This document shows, piece after piece, positions 38,128 to 48,226 of a DNA stretch of 64,000 bases. The position numbers and the translations under genes were made by a program. Origin of the DNA: Coprobacillus sp. CAG:698 (GTDB lineage: Bacteria > Bacillota_I > Bacilli_A > ML615J-28 > CAG-698); contig HF988729.1 in NCBI GenBank assembly GCA_000431235.1, forward strand, positions 16,940 through 80,939, in the 5' to 3' direction. The notes beneath the pieces are model-generated. The model had not been told where the DNA came from. It was given only the letters and a program-made list of their open reading frames with translations, and made no database searches. Position 1 is the first letter of the stretch. Each line of letters begins with the position of its first letter.

Positions 38128-39576
38128 ATGGCAAATATATATGAAAAACTAGGTATAGAATCACAAGTGGCTGTAGTGATTATTTCAATTGCTTTAATGT
38201 TATTTCTTGGATTTCTTGGAACTAGAGTGACTAAAAGGTTGAAACTACCAAATGTAACGGCTTATATTTTAGTGGGTATTATAATAGGACCTTATGCTTT
38301 AAACTTAATTCCTGAAAACATAGTCAGCAAAATGGACTTTTTATCTGATATTGCGTTAGCTTTTATAGCCTTCAGCACAGGAGAATTTTTTAAGTTTTCG
38401 GTTTTGAAAAAGAATGGAACTAAGGTAGTCATTATTACAGTATTAGAATCATTAATGGCTTCCTTTCTTGTATTTATCGTGATGTTTGTAATATTGCGAC
38501 TTAATCTTGCTTTTTCAATAGTTTTAGCTGCTCTAGCTGCAGCAACTGCTCCAGCTTCAACAGTAATGACTATTAGACAAACAGGTGCCAAAGGTGATTT
38601 TGTAGAAACGTTATTGCAAGTTGTAGCCTTAGATGATGTAGTTGGTTTGATTGCTTATAGCATAGCTATTTCAGTAGCTGTTGCTTCAATGAGTGGTGAT
38701 GGAATTAACTTCAAGAGTATAATTGTACCTATTTTAATAAATACAGGTGTTTTAGTGCTTGGTGGATTCTTTGGAGTCTTCTTAAAGTGGTTAATGCCTA
38801 AGAAAAGATCAAATGACAACAGATTAATTATTTCTATATCAATGATATTCTTATTTTGTGGTATCTGTGCTTTATTGCAAGTGTCTCCATTATTAGGATG
38901 TATGTCTATGGGTACTATATATATTAATATTACTAATGACGATAAATTGTTTAAGCAATTAAATTACTTTAGTCCACCAATTTTACTATTATTCTTTGTT
39001 CGTTCAGGAATAAACTTTAATTTAGATAGTTTATTTAAACCTAGTGGTTCAATTGGTACAGTTTCTTTAATACTAATAGGTATAATCTATTTTATTGTGA
39101 GAATTATTGGAAAATATGCGGGAGCTTTTCTTGGATGTTGGCAAGTCAAAAAGCCTAAGGAAGTTCGCAACTACTTAGGACTAGCACTGATACCTCAAGC
39201 AGGAGTTGCAATTGGTTTAGCCGCTTTAGGAGCACGAACCTTAGGTGGTGAGCAGGGATCTGCTCTTGAAACTATAATATTAGCTTCGAGTGTTCTCTAT
39301 GAGTTAATAGGACCAGCTTGTGCGAAACTTTCATTATACTTATCAAAATCATACTCAACAAATTTAGAAGATTTGACTGACGTTGAAATGGTAGATTCTC
39401 AAGGTAATGTGAAAACTGACGTTGAAATACTAATTGATAGAATTAATAAAATCAAAAATCAACTTCCTGTTCATACGGAAAATGAGGAAGAAGAAGCATT
39501 TAACGAAGCAGCTGAAGAACAATATTTATATAGTAGGCGTGGATTCGTTAATCAAATAAATAGAAGGAGGAATTAA
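38128..39576 (+). CDS. cation:proton antiporter (Na+/H+ exchanger family)
   Basis: LPNVTAYILVGIIIGPYALNLI N-terminus, about 12 TM helices, acidic soluble tail. Confidence 0.8.
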   Translation: MANIYEKLGIESQVAVVIISIALMLFLGFLGTRVTKRLKLPNVTAYILVGIIIGPYALNLIPENIVSKMDFLSDIALAFIAFSTGEFFKFSVLKKNGTKVVIITVLESLMASFLVFIVMFVILRLNLAFSIVLAALAAATAPASTVMTIRQTGAKGDFVETLLQVVALDDVVGLIAYSIAISVAVASMSGDGINFKSIIVPILINTGVLVLGGFFGVFLKWLMPKKRSNDNRLIISISMIFLFCGICALLQVSPLLGCMSMGTIYINITNDDKLFKQLNYFSPPILLLFFVRSGINFNLDSLFKPSGSIGTVSLILIGIIYFIVRIIGKYAGAFLGCWQVKKPKEVRNYLGLALIPQAGVAIGLAALGARTLGGEQGSALETIILASSVLYELIGPACAKLSLYLSKSYSTNLEDLTDVEMVDSQGNVKTDVEILIDRINKIKNQLPVHTENEEEEAFNEAAEEQYLYSRRGFVNQINRRRN

Positions 39577-39578
39577 TT

Positions 39579-40295
39579 ATGTTTCTATCTTATGTTGACC
39601 CAATTACAAAAATTATTGGAAATTGGGCAAGTGAAATTAATCTTTATAGTTGTATTTTAAAAATAATCTTGTCACTAATTCTTTCAGCAATTATTGGATA
39701 TGAAAGATCAAGCAAAAGACATGCTGCTGGATTAAGAACATTTATAATCGTATCTTTAGCATCAACTATGGCAATGATAATTGATTTATCAATAGATAAC
39801 AAAACAAGCTTAATGATATCAGCAGGAACTATAATTGCTGTATCAATAATAAGTGCTAATACAATTCTTTATAGCTCAAAAAATCAAATAAAAGGATTAA
39901 CTACATCTGTTGGTTTATGGGGCACAGGAATATTAGGTTTACTTGTAGGAACAGGATATTATACAATTTCCCTAATTGGATTTGGAGTTTATCTAATAGT
40001 TTTATCAGCACTTCCAAAAATGGAAATATTCTTAAAAAACAGATCTAATCACTTTGAAATACATTTAGAATTAAAAAATATTTCTTATTTGAAAGATTTT
40101 GTAACTACAATAAGAGAGCTAGGTATAAGAGTTGATGATATTGAATCAAATCCAGCATATATAAATTCAGGATTAAGTGTATATACAGTTTCTGTTTCAA
40201 TTATAAGTGATGAATTAAAGAAATATAAAACACATCATGAAATTATTGAGGCACTTAAATCATTAGAATATGTATATCACATTGAAGAAATGTAA
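39579..40295 (+). CDS. mgtC: MgtC/SapB family protein
   Basis: LILSAIIGYERSSKRHAAGLRTFIIVSLAS motif and a C-terminal ACT-like domain. Confidence 0.8.
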   Translation: MFLSYVDPITKIIGNWASEINLYSCILKIILSLILSAIIGYERSSKRHAAGLRTFIIVSLASTMAMIIDLSIDNKTSLMISAGTIIAVSIISANTILYSSKNQIKGLTTSVGLWGTGILGLLVGTGYYTISLIGFGVYLIVLSALPKMEIFLKNRSNHFEIHLELKNISYLKDFVTTIRELGIRVDDIESNPAYINSGLSVYTVSVSIISDELKKYKTHHEIIEALKSLEYVYHIEEM

Positions 40296-40298
40296 ATG

Positions 40299-40322
40299 AA
40301 AACCACATTTTGTGGTTTTTTA
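40299..40322 (+). terminator. rho-independent terminator
   Basis: AAACCACA-ttt-TGTGGTTT followed by a T-run. Confidence 0.75.
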
Positions 40323-40441
40323 TTTAAATATTATCAAAATAATAATTTGAGTTAAAATGAAACATATTTAGACAATAATATTATTGTAAATGAAAATAAT
40401 AAATGATATAATTATAGATATTATTAGAATGGAGAATAGTA

Positions 40442-41176
40442 ATGAAAAATATTAAAAATCTGTTGATAGATAAAATTGAAACTATTAAAATAGGAGATAT
40501 TGTTGAGTTCGGTTCATATCCTCAAAGTCTAAAAGAAAAGGAAATATCTATACAAAATTGCTCTCCAACTGATAAAGGTTATTATATTGGTAATGATAAT
40601 TGTAATTATGAATTTTATCGTGAATACTATTATAAAGTTGAACCATTACTTTGGAAAATATTAGATATTAAAGATGATAAAATATTATTGTTCTCTGAAA
40701 GAATCTTACTAAGACATGAATATAGTCTTGCGAGAAATAATTATAAAAAATCAAAAGCAAGATTATTTATTAATAATGAATTTTACAATAAAGCATTTAC
40801 AAAGGAAGAACAAGAGAAAATTATTCCCACACTTATTGATAATTCCCTTTTCTCAACAACTCATGAGAAAAATCCATATGTATGCAAAAATACTTTTGAT
40901 AAAATATATCTATTAAGCCTTAGAGACATAACTAATCCAGAATATGGATTTAATGAAAATACAGAAGAAGATGAAAATAGATGTAAGAAAATAACTTCGT
41001 ACGCAGCTAATTCAGGTGCCGCTTCGGATAACAAAGGTAATGGATATTACTATTTGCGAACTCCCAGTTTTTATGAATTTGAATCAGAATATACTGTTTT
41101 AAATGACGGAAGTATTCTTTCGAGTTCACTTGGAAATACTGGAATAGCTCCAGCTTTATGGATTAAAATAAAATAA
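40442..41176 (+). CDS. DUF6273-like protein (one module)
   Basis: Module pattern FGSYPQ ... EPLLWKILD ... IYLLSLRDI ... YYYLRTP ... IAPALWIK. No signal peptide. Confidence 0.55.
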   Translation: MKNIKNLLIDKIETIKIGDIVEFGSYPQSLKEKEISIQNCSPTDKGYYIGNDNCNYEFYREYYYKVEPLLWKILDIKDDKILLFSERILLRHEYSLARNNYKKSKARLFINNEFYNKAFTKEEQEKIIPTLIDNSLFSTTHEKNPYVCKNTFDKIYLLSLRDITNPEYGFNENTEEDENRCKKITSYAANSGAASDNKGNGYYYLRTPSFYEFESEYTVLNDGSILSSSLGNTGIAPALWIKIK

Positions 41177-41191
41177 CTAAGGACAGAAAAT

Positions 41192-42712
41192 ATGAAAAAA
41201 ACAAATAAAACTTTCTATAAAAAGGCGATTATAAATTTTGGTATGTATCCTCAGACAATAAAAGATAATAATGTTACAATTAGTGGAACTCCTGATGAAA
41301 ATGGTTATTATACAGGTAGTGATGGTGAGAAGTATGAAATGCTTAAGGCAAATCCCTTTGATGATAATTATTTATTTTCTAACGGGGAGACAATAATTGA
41401 AAACAAAGAATATTATTTTAAAGTTGAACCAATAAAATGGAAGATATTACAATATAGTCATGATAAAGCTTTAATATTTTCTGAATATATAATAGATACT
41501 CATATATATGATGAGCGTGAAAATAACTATGAAACTTCTAGCATAAGAAAATGGTTAAATAATGAATTCTTATATAAAGCTTTCAAAATGGAAGATAGAA
41601 ATAATATTGTAAAAAAGGTTGTTAATAACTCGATTATTTCGACTTTAGATGATGATAATGATTATGTATGTTCAAATACAAAAGATAATGTGTTTTTATT
41701 GAGCCGAAAAGAAATAGCTGACGAAACATATGGTTTTCTCTATGATCCTTGGGAAATGTGTGAGAAGAGAGAAAAAGAATTAACTGATTATGCTAAAGCT
41801 AAAGAAGTATATGTAGACTTAGAAACTAAAAAAGGTGATTATTTTTTAAGAACACCATATAGAATTTCACCTACTAATGCTATTATAAGTAGTGCCTTAG
41901 GCGATACATATTATGAATATGTATATAATCCTTATATAGGTGTTGTTCCTGCATTAGTTTTAAAATTAAAAGGTGAAAATGAACCTGAAGAAAATGGTTA
42001 TAATCTTTTTCAAAAAGGAAATATTATTGAATTTGGTTCTTACCCACAAACTGCTATATGTGAGGTAGCGGATGATTATGAATATGAAAAAGATAAAGAA
42101 GGGTTCATAAAAAGATATGATGGATCCAAATGCATAGCAGCAGCTATAAAGAATCCAGAAGGGTTTATATTAGAAAATACAGATAGATATGAAATGAATA
42201 GAAAATTATTATTTCTATTTGAACCTCTTAAATGGAAGATATTGAAAAAACAAGAAGATAAAGTTTTACTTGTTTGTGATGAAATAATTGATGCTGGAAT
42301 ATTTGATGATAAAGGAAGCGATTATAAAAACTCTCAAGTTCGTAGATGGCTTAATGAAGAATTTCTTAATCTGGCTTTCACAAAAAAAGAAATAGAAATG
42401 ATTGATGATACTGCAATATATGATGCCAGTGATTTAATATGTAATAAAAACTCTCAAAATAATCTAGATAAAGTTTTCTTATTAAGTATAAGTGACATCA
42501 GAAATCTAATCAATGAAAAGAAAAAAAGCACAGATTACGCTCGTTCTAATGGAACTATGAAAGAAAGTAGTTACTGGCTTAGAACTTCATCTATTACAGA
42601 TAAATATGATGCTCGATGCGCAGGTACAAATGACTTTTATAATTATCTTCGAAAAGAAGAAGTTACTGGCCTGGTTCCAGCGATATGGTTAAAACTCGAA
42701 ATGAGGAAGTAA
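41192..42712 (+). CDS. DUF6273-like protein (two tandem modules)
   Basis: The same module occurs twice: FGMYPQ...IKWKIL...VFLLSRKEI...YFLRTP...VVPALVLK, then FGSYPQ...LKWKIL...VFLLSISDI...YWLRTS...LVPAIWLK. Confidence 0.55.
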   Translation: MKKTNKTFYKKAIINFGMYPQTIKDNNVTISGTPDENGYYTGSDGEKYEMLKANPFDDNYLFSNGETIIENKEYYFKVEPIKWKILQYSHDKALIFSEYIIDTHIYDERENNYETSSIRKWLNNEFLYKAFKMEDRNNIVKKVVNNSIISTLDDDNDYVCSNTKDNVFLLSRKEIADETYGFLYDPWEMCEKREKELTDYAKAKEVYVDLETKKGDYFLRTPYRISPTNAIISSALGDTYYEYVYNPYIGVVPALVLKLKGENEPEENGYNLFQKGNIIEFGSYPQTAICEVADDYEYEKDKEGFIKRYDGSKCIAAAIKNPEGFILENTDRYEMNRKLLFLFEPLKWKILKKQEDKVLLVCDEIIDAGIFDDKGSDYKNSQVRRWLNEEFLNLAFTKKEIEMIDDTAIYDASDLICNKNSQNNLDKVFLLSISDIRNLINEKKKSTDYARSNGTMKESSYWLRTSSITDKYDARCAGTNDFYNYLRKEEVTGLVPAIWLKLEMRK

Positions 42713-42839
42713 TTTTCTCATTTTTATTATTTGAAATATTATGTTATAGACATAACTATTGTAATTGTCTTAACAAAAATGAAGATTATATTGTTAGTAA
42801 TTTGTGAATGTGATATAATAATACAAAGGAGTGATATAA

Positions 42840-44066
42840 ATGAAAAAAAATATATTAAAGAAATATGCAGAGGTTGTTGTAAAGGTTGGTGCAAATATCC
42901 AAAAAGATCAATATGTAATGATATATGCAAGTGTTAATCAAGCAGAGTTTGTAAGAATGCTTGCAAAAGAATGTTACAAAGCAAAAGCACGTTTTGTAAA
43001 GGTTGAGTGGAGTGATGATGAAATCTCTAAGATATCTTTGAAACATGTAAAATATGAAACATATATTGAAAATAGTAAAATGACAGAGTATCGTTTGCAA
43101 AATATGTGTAAAATAATACCTGCATGTATATATGTTGAAGATAGTGATCCCGACGTATTTAATGGACTTGATATGATTGCTCAACTAAAAGCTCGTCAAG
43201 ATAGATACCAAGATTTAAAGAAATATTATGATGAGTTAGAAAACAAATATCAATGGGTTATATGTGCAATGCCATCAAAAGAATGGGCTAAAAAGGTATT
43301 TCCAGAAATGCCAGTGAATGAAGCATACAAAAAATTAGAAGAAGCAATCTTAACAACAACAAGAATCGATGAGAATGCTCTAAATAACTGGGAAGAACAT
43401 ATTAATAATCTAGAGGAAAAAGCTAAAATACTTAATGATTTAAATCTAGATTATTTAGAATATAAGTCAAGCAATGGCACAAATTTAAAACTACATTTAA
43501 TGCCAAATCATAACTGGTTAAGTGCTCGCGGAAAAACATTAAAAACAAATATAATGTATGCTGCCAATATGCCTACGGAAGAAGTATTTACAATGCCTAA
43601 ACCAGATGCTGTTGATGGTGTTGTTTATAGTACAAAACCACTTTCATTGAGAGGTAAACTTGTTGAGAACTTTGCAATATATTTTGAAAATGGAAGAGTA
43701 ACTAAAGTTGAAGCTGAAAAGGGTAAAGAAGTATTAGAAGAATTATTAAATGACGATGAAGGAAGTAAACATTTGGGTGAAGTTGCTCTAGTGCCTTACA
43801 ATTCACCAATTAATCTTTCTAAAATTCTCTTCTATAATACTTTGTTTGATGAAAATGCAAGTTGCCATCTTGCACTAGGAGCTTCATTTAAAGATGCTAT
43901 AAAAGGTTACGAAGACTTAACAGAAGAAGATTGGAAAAAAATGGGATTTAATGATTCAATGAATCATGTAGATTTCATGGTTGGTAGTCAAGATTTAGAT
44001 ATTGTTGGAACAAAATTTGACGATACAAAAGTACAAATTTTTAAGAATGGTAATTGGGCAATATAA
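42840..44066 (+). CDS. pepS: aminopeptidase, M29 (PepS/AmpS) family
   Basis: N-terminus KKYAEVVVKVGANIQKDQ and C-terminus HLGEVALVP...NTLFDENASCHLALG are typical of M29. Confidence 0.85.
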   Translation: MKKNILKKYAEVVVKVGANIQKDQYVMIYASVNQAEFVRMLAKECYKAKARFVKVEWSDDEISKISLKHVKYETYIENSKMTEYRLQNMCKIIPACIYVEDSDPDVFNGLDMIAQLKARQDRYQDLKKYYDELENKYQWVICAMPSKEWAKKVFPEMPVNEAYKKLEEAILTTTRIDENALNNWEEHINNLEEKAKILNDLNLDYLEYKSSNGTNLKLHLMPNHNWLSARGKTLKTNIMYAANMPTEEVFTMPKPDAVDGVVYSTKPLSLRGKLVENFAIYFENGRVTKVEAEKGKEVLEELLNDDEGSKHLGEVALVPYNSPINLSKILFYNTLFDENASCHLALGASFKDAIKGYEDLTEEDWKKMGFNDSMNHVDFMVGSQDLDIVGTKFDDTKVQIFKNGNWAI

Positions 44067-44422
44067 TGGAAAAGTTTATCCTGAATAAAGAAACAAAAAA
44101 GTTAAAAAATATTGATTATGCAAAAGTTTGCTTATTAAAGGATTTAGTTTCATATCAAGAAGGTCAAGTAGTAAGTAAAACATTATCACAAAATAAAAAT
44201 TTAAGCATGACTTTATTTTCTTTCGATAAAGATGAAGAAATTAGTACTCACAAGTCTGACGGGGATGCTTTTGTTTTATGTTTAGATGGAAAAATTAAAA
44301 TCACTATTGATGATAAGGAATATGTATTAAATGATGGTGAATCGATAGTTATGCCTTCTAAACATCCGCATGCTGTTTATGCTCTTGAAAGATGTAAAAT
44401 GCTTTTGGTAGTGGTGTTCTAA
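44066..44422 (+). CDS. cupin-domain protein
   Basis: ATG 44066 overlaps the pepS stop (TAATG). The cupin motif region is [13 protein letters not shown]...[14 protein letters not shown]. Confidence 0.7.
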   Translation: MEKFILNKETKKLKNIDYAKVCLLKDLVSYQEGQVVSKTLSQNKNLSMTLFSFDKDEEISTHKSDGDAFVLCLDGKIKITIDDKEYVLNDGESIVMPSKHPHAVYALERCKMLLVVVF

Positions 44423-45087
44423 TGGTTAAAATTGGAAATAGTTGGGATGATTTACTAAAAGATGAATTCCAAAAAGATTATTATAAAAACTTACATGAGT
44501 TTTTAAAAAGTGAATATTCCCATCACATAATTTATCCTAATATGTTTGATATTTTTAATGCTTTGAAATACACTGCATATGAGGATGTTAAGGTTGTAAT
44601 AATTGGTCAAGATCCATATCATGAAGAGGGACAAGCTCATGGACTATGTTTTTCTGTGAAGGAAAATGTTCCTTTTCCGCCATCACTAAAGAATATCTTT
44701 AAAGAACTAAATAGTGATTTGAATATACCTATTCCTCAAAATGGTGATCTCACGAAGTGGGCTAAGCAAGGAGTACTCCTTCTTAATACTTGCTTAACTG
44801 TTAGAGCTCACTATGCAAATAGCCATAAAGGAAAAGGTTGGGAAATCCTTACAAATAAAATTATAGAACTTTTAAATGAAAGAAAACAACCTGTAATATT
44901 TGTATTGTGGGGAAATGACGCTAAAACAAAAAAACAATTAATAACTAATCCAATTCATTATGTTTTAGAAGCTGCTCACCCAAGTCCTTTATCGGCATAT
45001 AATGGGTTCTTTGGATGTAAACATTTTTCAAAGGTAAATGCCATACTAAAGAAAAATAATATAAAAGAAATAGATTGGAGTCTATAG
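44422..45087 (+). CDS. ung: uracil-DNA glycosylase
   Basis: GQDPYH water-activating loop and HPSPLS leucine-loop motif. Confidence 0.95.
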   Translation: MVKIGNSWDDLLKDEFQKDYYKNLHEFLKSEYSHHIIYPNMFDIFNALKYTAYEDVKVVIIGQDPYHEEGQAHGLCFSVKENVPFPPSLKNIFKELNSDLNIPIPQNGDLTKWAKQGVLLLNTCLTVRAHYANSHKGKGWEILTNKIIELLNERKQPVIFVLWGNDAKTKKQLITNPIHYVLEAAHPSPLSAYNGFFGCKHFSKVNAILKKNNIKEIDWSL

Positions 45088-45573
45088 ATGATAAAAGTAG
45101 TTACAAAAAATCAAATGGACAAATACTTAGATGAAATAGTTGATTTAAGAATCAAACTAAATGATATTCATGTAGATTCTTTAAAAGATGTTTTTAAAGA
45201 TAATATAATGAATGAAACAAGACTTGATACAATATATGCCATTAATGATACTAATAGAGATGTAGTTATTATGGAAAATAACGATGTTGTAATGGCTTAT
45301 GCCTTGATTAACTACGAAAAAACAAAAGAAACATTTGATAAAAAAGCTAAAGAAGTTTATTATATTCAAGAAATAATGATTTCTAATGCCTTTCAAAATC
45401 AAGGCTTAGGTAAGAAAATGATAGAATATTTGAAAAAGGATGCTTATAAAAAAGGATTCAAATTAATAGAACTTGATGTATGGAGTTTCAATCAAAAAGC
45501 TATTAGTTTTTATAAAAATGTTGGTTTTAGAGAACAACAACTGATTATGAATTTGGAGTTAACTGATGAATAA
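45088..45573 (+). CDS. GNAT family N-acetyltransferase
   Basis: Acetyl-CoA motif Q.QGLGKKMIEYL followed by AISFYKNVGF. Confidence 0.8.
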   Translation: MIKVVTKNQMDKYLDEIVDLRIKLNDIHVDSLKDVFKDNIMNETRLDTIYAINDTNRDVVIMENNDVVMAYALINYEKTKETFDKKAKEVYYIQEIMISNAFQNQGLGKKMIEYLKKDAYKKGFKLIELDVWSFNQKAISFYKNVGFREQQLIMNLELTDE

Positions 45574-47305
45574 AAACAAACTTCAAGAAATTAAAGCAAG
45601 TATAACGAATGATTATGAGCTTTTTAAAAAGAAATCAAATATACTATCAATATTAAGAGGAATCTCATTTCTTTTAATTGCTCTTTCTATATTATTATAT
45701 TTTACTATAGACTTACATTTTGTTTTTATAATTCTTACAATTATTTGTTTCATTGTTTTGCTTATAATACATAATCATATTGACTTAATAAAGAAGTATT
45801 ATGAATCATATTTACATGTGATTTCCAATTATGAAAGAAGAATTGATGGTACATATGTAGGTAGAAAAGAAACTACTGGGTTAGAGTTTTTTGAAAATGA
45901 TAAAGATTTTTTGAAAGACTTAGATATAATTGGTAATAATTCTTTGTACCAATATTTGAACATTTGTAGAACACATATGGGAAGAAAAAAACTATATGAT
46001 AGTTTATGTAATAATGATTTGGGTGAAAACCTTTATAAAAGGCAAGAAGCAATAAAAGAATTAGGCGAAAATCTTGAGTTTTGTTTAAACTTTGAAGCTA
46101 ACAATTATCGAATAGAGGACAACGTATATTTCTCAAAATTAAATAAAGTTACTCTGAAGGGGTTACATATAATTTTATCTTTAGGAATATTTTTATTTAT
46201 TACTTTTGTAATATTATTTATATTGTCTGGTTTAGATAGAGTTAATCCTTCCTTCTTAATTATACCTTGCATAGTACAGATACTTAATTTCTTTATCTTT
46301 GGAAATATAAATAAAAATGCTTTAGAAGAAATAAAGAATATTGATGATGTTTCCTCATCGATATACGATACATTAAAGCTTTTTAAAGATATCGAGTTGA
46401 AGTCAGAAGTTTTAAAAACACACTTAGATAATATTATAAGGGGAAGAAAGTATGTTAAAAAATTAACCCTTATATCTGATTTTGATAGTGTACGTTATAA
46501 CCCTTTGATAGGTGCTATTTTTAATGCTTTGGTTCCTTTCTCAGTTATAATTAGTTATTTATGCATGAAGACTATTAATAATTATTCATATGATATAACT
46601 AAGGGAATTGAATCTTTTGAAGAGTTCGAAATGCTTGTAAGTTTATGTGTGATAAAACATACAAAAGAATGTGCATCCCTTCCTAAAAGGTCAGAAGAGG
46701 TTTCGATTGCGTGCACTAATGTTTTACATCCACTTCTTGGTGAATCTAAATGTGTTGGAAATGATTTTGATACAAAGAATGGTATAAATGTTATAACAGG
46801 TTCAAATATGAGCGGTAAGACATCGTTTATGCGAACTATTGGCATAAATATAGTATTAATGAATGCGGGAACTTATGTAAATGCTACATCATTTTCGGCA
46901 TCTTATCTTAATTTATTCACATCAATGCGCATATCAGATGATATAACTAAAGGAATATCTACATTTTACGCTGAACTGCTACGTATAAAAAAAGCTATTG
47001 ATTGTGTTAAAAATAATGAAAAAATGTTAACGCTAATAGATGAAGTTTTTAGTGGAACTAATTCTAATGATCGTATAAAAGGCGCAATTTCTCTTATGAA
47101 AATGCTTGATAAACCTAACTCAATAGTTCTAATTACAACACATGATTTTGAACTTTGTGACATAAAGGATGAGAATATTATAAATTATCATTTTAGTGAA
47201 TACTATGAGAATGATAAAATTAAGTTCAATTATAAACTCGAAAAAGGTAAATGTACTACTACTAATGCCATCTATTTGATGAAGTTAGTGGGTATAGAAG
47301 AATAG
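45566..47305 (+). CDS. membrane-associated MutS-domain-V ATPase (MutS-related protein without a mismatch-binding domain)
   Basis: TM helices near aa 30-70 and 195-245. Walker A GSNMSGKTS, then STFYAEL and Walker B LTLIDEVFSGTN. Confidence 0.75.
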   Translation: MNKNKLQEIKASITNDYELFKKKSNILSILRGISFLLIALSILLYFTIDLHFVFIILTIICFIVLLIIHNHIDLIKKYYESYLHVISNYERRIDGTYVGRKETTGLEFFENDKDFLKDLDIIGNNSLYQYLNICRTHMGRKKLYDSLCNNDLGENLYKRQEAIKELGENLEFCLNFEANNYRIEDNVYFSKLNKVTLKGLHIILSLGIFLFITFVILFILSGLDRVNPSFLIIPCIVQILNFFIFGNINKNALEEIKNIDDVSSSIYDTLKLFKDIELKSEVLKTHLDNIIRGRKYVKKLTLISDFDSVRYNPLIGAIFNALVPFSVIISYLCMKTINNYSYDITKGIESFEEFEMLVSLCVIKHTKECASLPKRSEEVSIACTNVLHPLLGESKCVGNDFDTKNGINVITGSNMSGKTSFMRTIGINIVLMNAGTYVNATSFSASYLNLFTSMRISDDITKGISTFYAELLRIKKAIDCVKNNEKMLTLIDEVFSGTNSNDRIKGAISLMKMLDKPNSIVLITTHDFELCDIKDENIINYHFSEYYENDKIKFNYKLEKGKCTTTNAIYLMKLVGIEE

Positions 47306-47330
47306 ACGCTGTATGCGTCTTTTTCTTGTT
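47304..47330 (+). terminator. rho-independent terminator
   Basis: AGACGC-tgtat-GCGTCT followed by TTTTcTT. Confidence 0.7.
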
Positions 47331-47557
47331 TTATCAATAAAACCATGATATAATTAATATGAAGAAAACGCATATAAAAGGTATTTTATACAAAAAGAAA
47401 AATAATTTTTATTATAAAAATAGGAAATAGTCACATAGTAAAAATAATAATTTTGCTTAGAGTTTATCCTTTTTTATGTTTCTTTAACTAAATATAAGCA
47501 CTAATTTAACTTATTTTTAAGTAGTTATGATAAAATTAATAAAAAGGATGTGTGGTT

Positions 47558-48226
47558 ATGAAATTACTTTTAGCAGAAGATGATAGAGATATTTCAAGTG
47601 TAATAGTAAAATTCTTACAAAAAAACAACTATCTAGTTGATGCTGTATATGATGGAAAGGAAGCTTTACAATACTTAGATTGTGAAAAATATGATGGTGT
47701 AATTCTAGATGTAATGATGCCTAAAATGGACGGGATAACTGTTGTAAGGAATATGCGAAAAAAAGGTGACAATACGCCTGTTTTAATTTTGACTGCTAAA
47801 GCTGAAATTGATGACAAAGTTTTAGGTTTAGATGCTGGTGCTGATGACTATCTAACTAAACCATTTTCAATGAAAGAATTTTTAGCGCGTATAAGAGCTC
47901 TTACACGTCGTAAGAATACAACGCTGTCAACATTTTCTTTTGGCAACATAATATTAAATCCCAAAACATATGAGATAATATCGCAGACAGATAAAGTAAG
48001 ATTAAGTGCTAAGGAATATCAAGTAATGGAAATATTAATAAATAATTCCAATTCACTTGTATCAACAGAGATGTTGATGGATAAAGTTTGGGGTTTTGAT
48101 AGCGATGCAGAAATAAATGTTGTTTGGGTTTATATTTCGGCACTTAGAAAGAAACTTCAAGCAATAAATGCTAATCTTACAATTTCAGCTATAAGAGGGC
48201 TTGGATATAAATTGGAGGAAAAATAA
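47558..48226 (+). CDS. OmpR-family response regulator
   Basis: Receiver domain (LLAEDD ... ILDVMMPKMDG ... LTAK) plus a winged-helix C-terminus. ATG 47558 follows RBS AAAGGA. Confidence 0.9.
   Translation: MKLLLAEDDRDISSVIVKFLQKNNYLVDAVYDGKEALQYLDCEKYDGVILDVMMPKMDGITVVRNMRKKGDNTPVLILTAKAEIDDKVLGLDAGADDYLTKPFSMKEFLARIRALTRRKNTTLSTFSFGNIILNPKTYEIISQTDKVRLSAKEYQVMEILINNSNSLVSTEMLMDKVWGFDSDAEINVVWVYISALRKKLQAINANLTISAIRGLGYKLEEK

Noticed and set aside
42731-42937. 68-aa ORF with a Cys-rich tail (EICRGCCKGWCKYPKRSICNDICKC) that looks like a bacteriocin or RiPP precursor.
   Set aside because: The Cys-rich part is an alternate frame of the well-conserved N-terminus of the M29 aminopeptidase (ATG 42840 with RBS AAAGGAG). 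It has a TTG start without an RBS, and its mirror ORF 42739-42930 is equally spurious.
47359-47430. 23-codon basic ORF (MKKTHIKGILYKKKNNFYYKNRK) just after an extended -10-like box (TGaTATAAT, 47346-47354), considered as a leaderless small protein.
   Set aside because: The ATG is only 4 nt after the -10 hexamer, too close for it to be the transcription start. There is no RBS, and the composition is what AT-rich non-coding DNA yields by chance.
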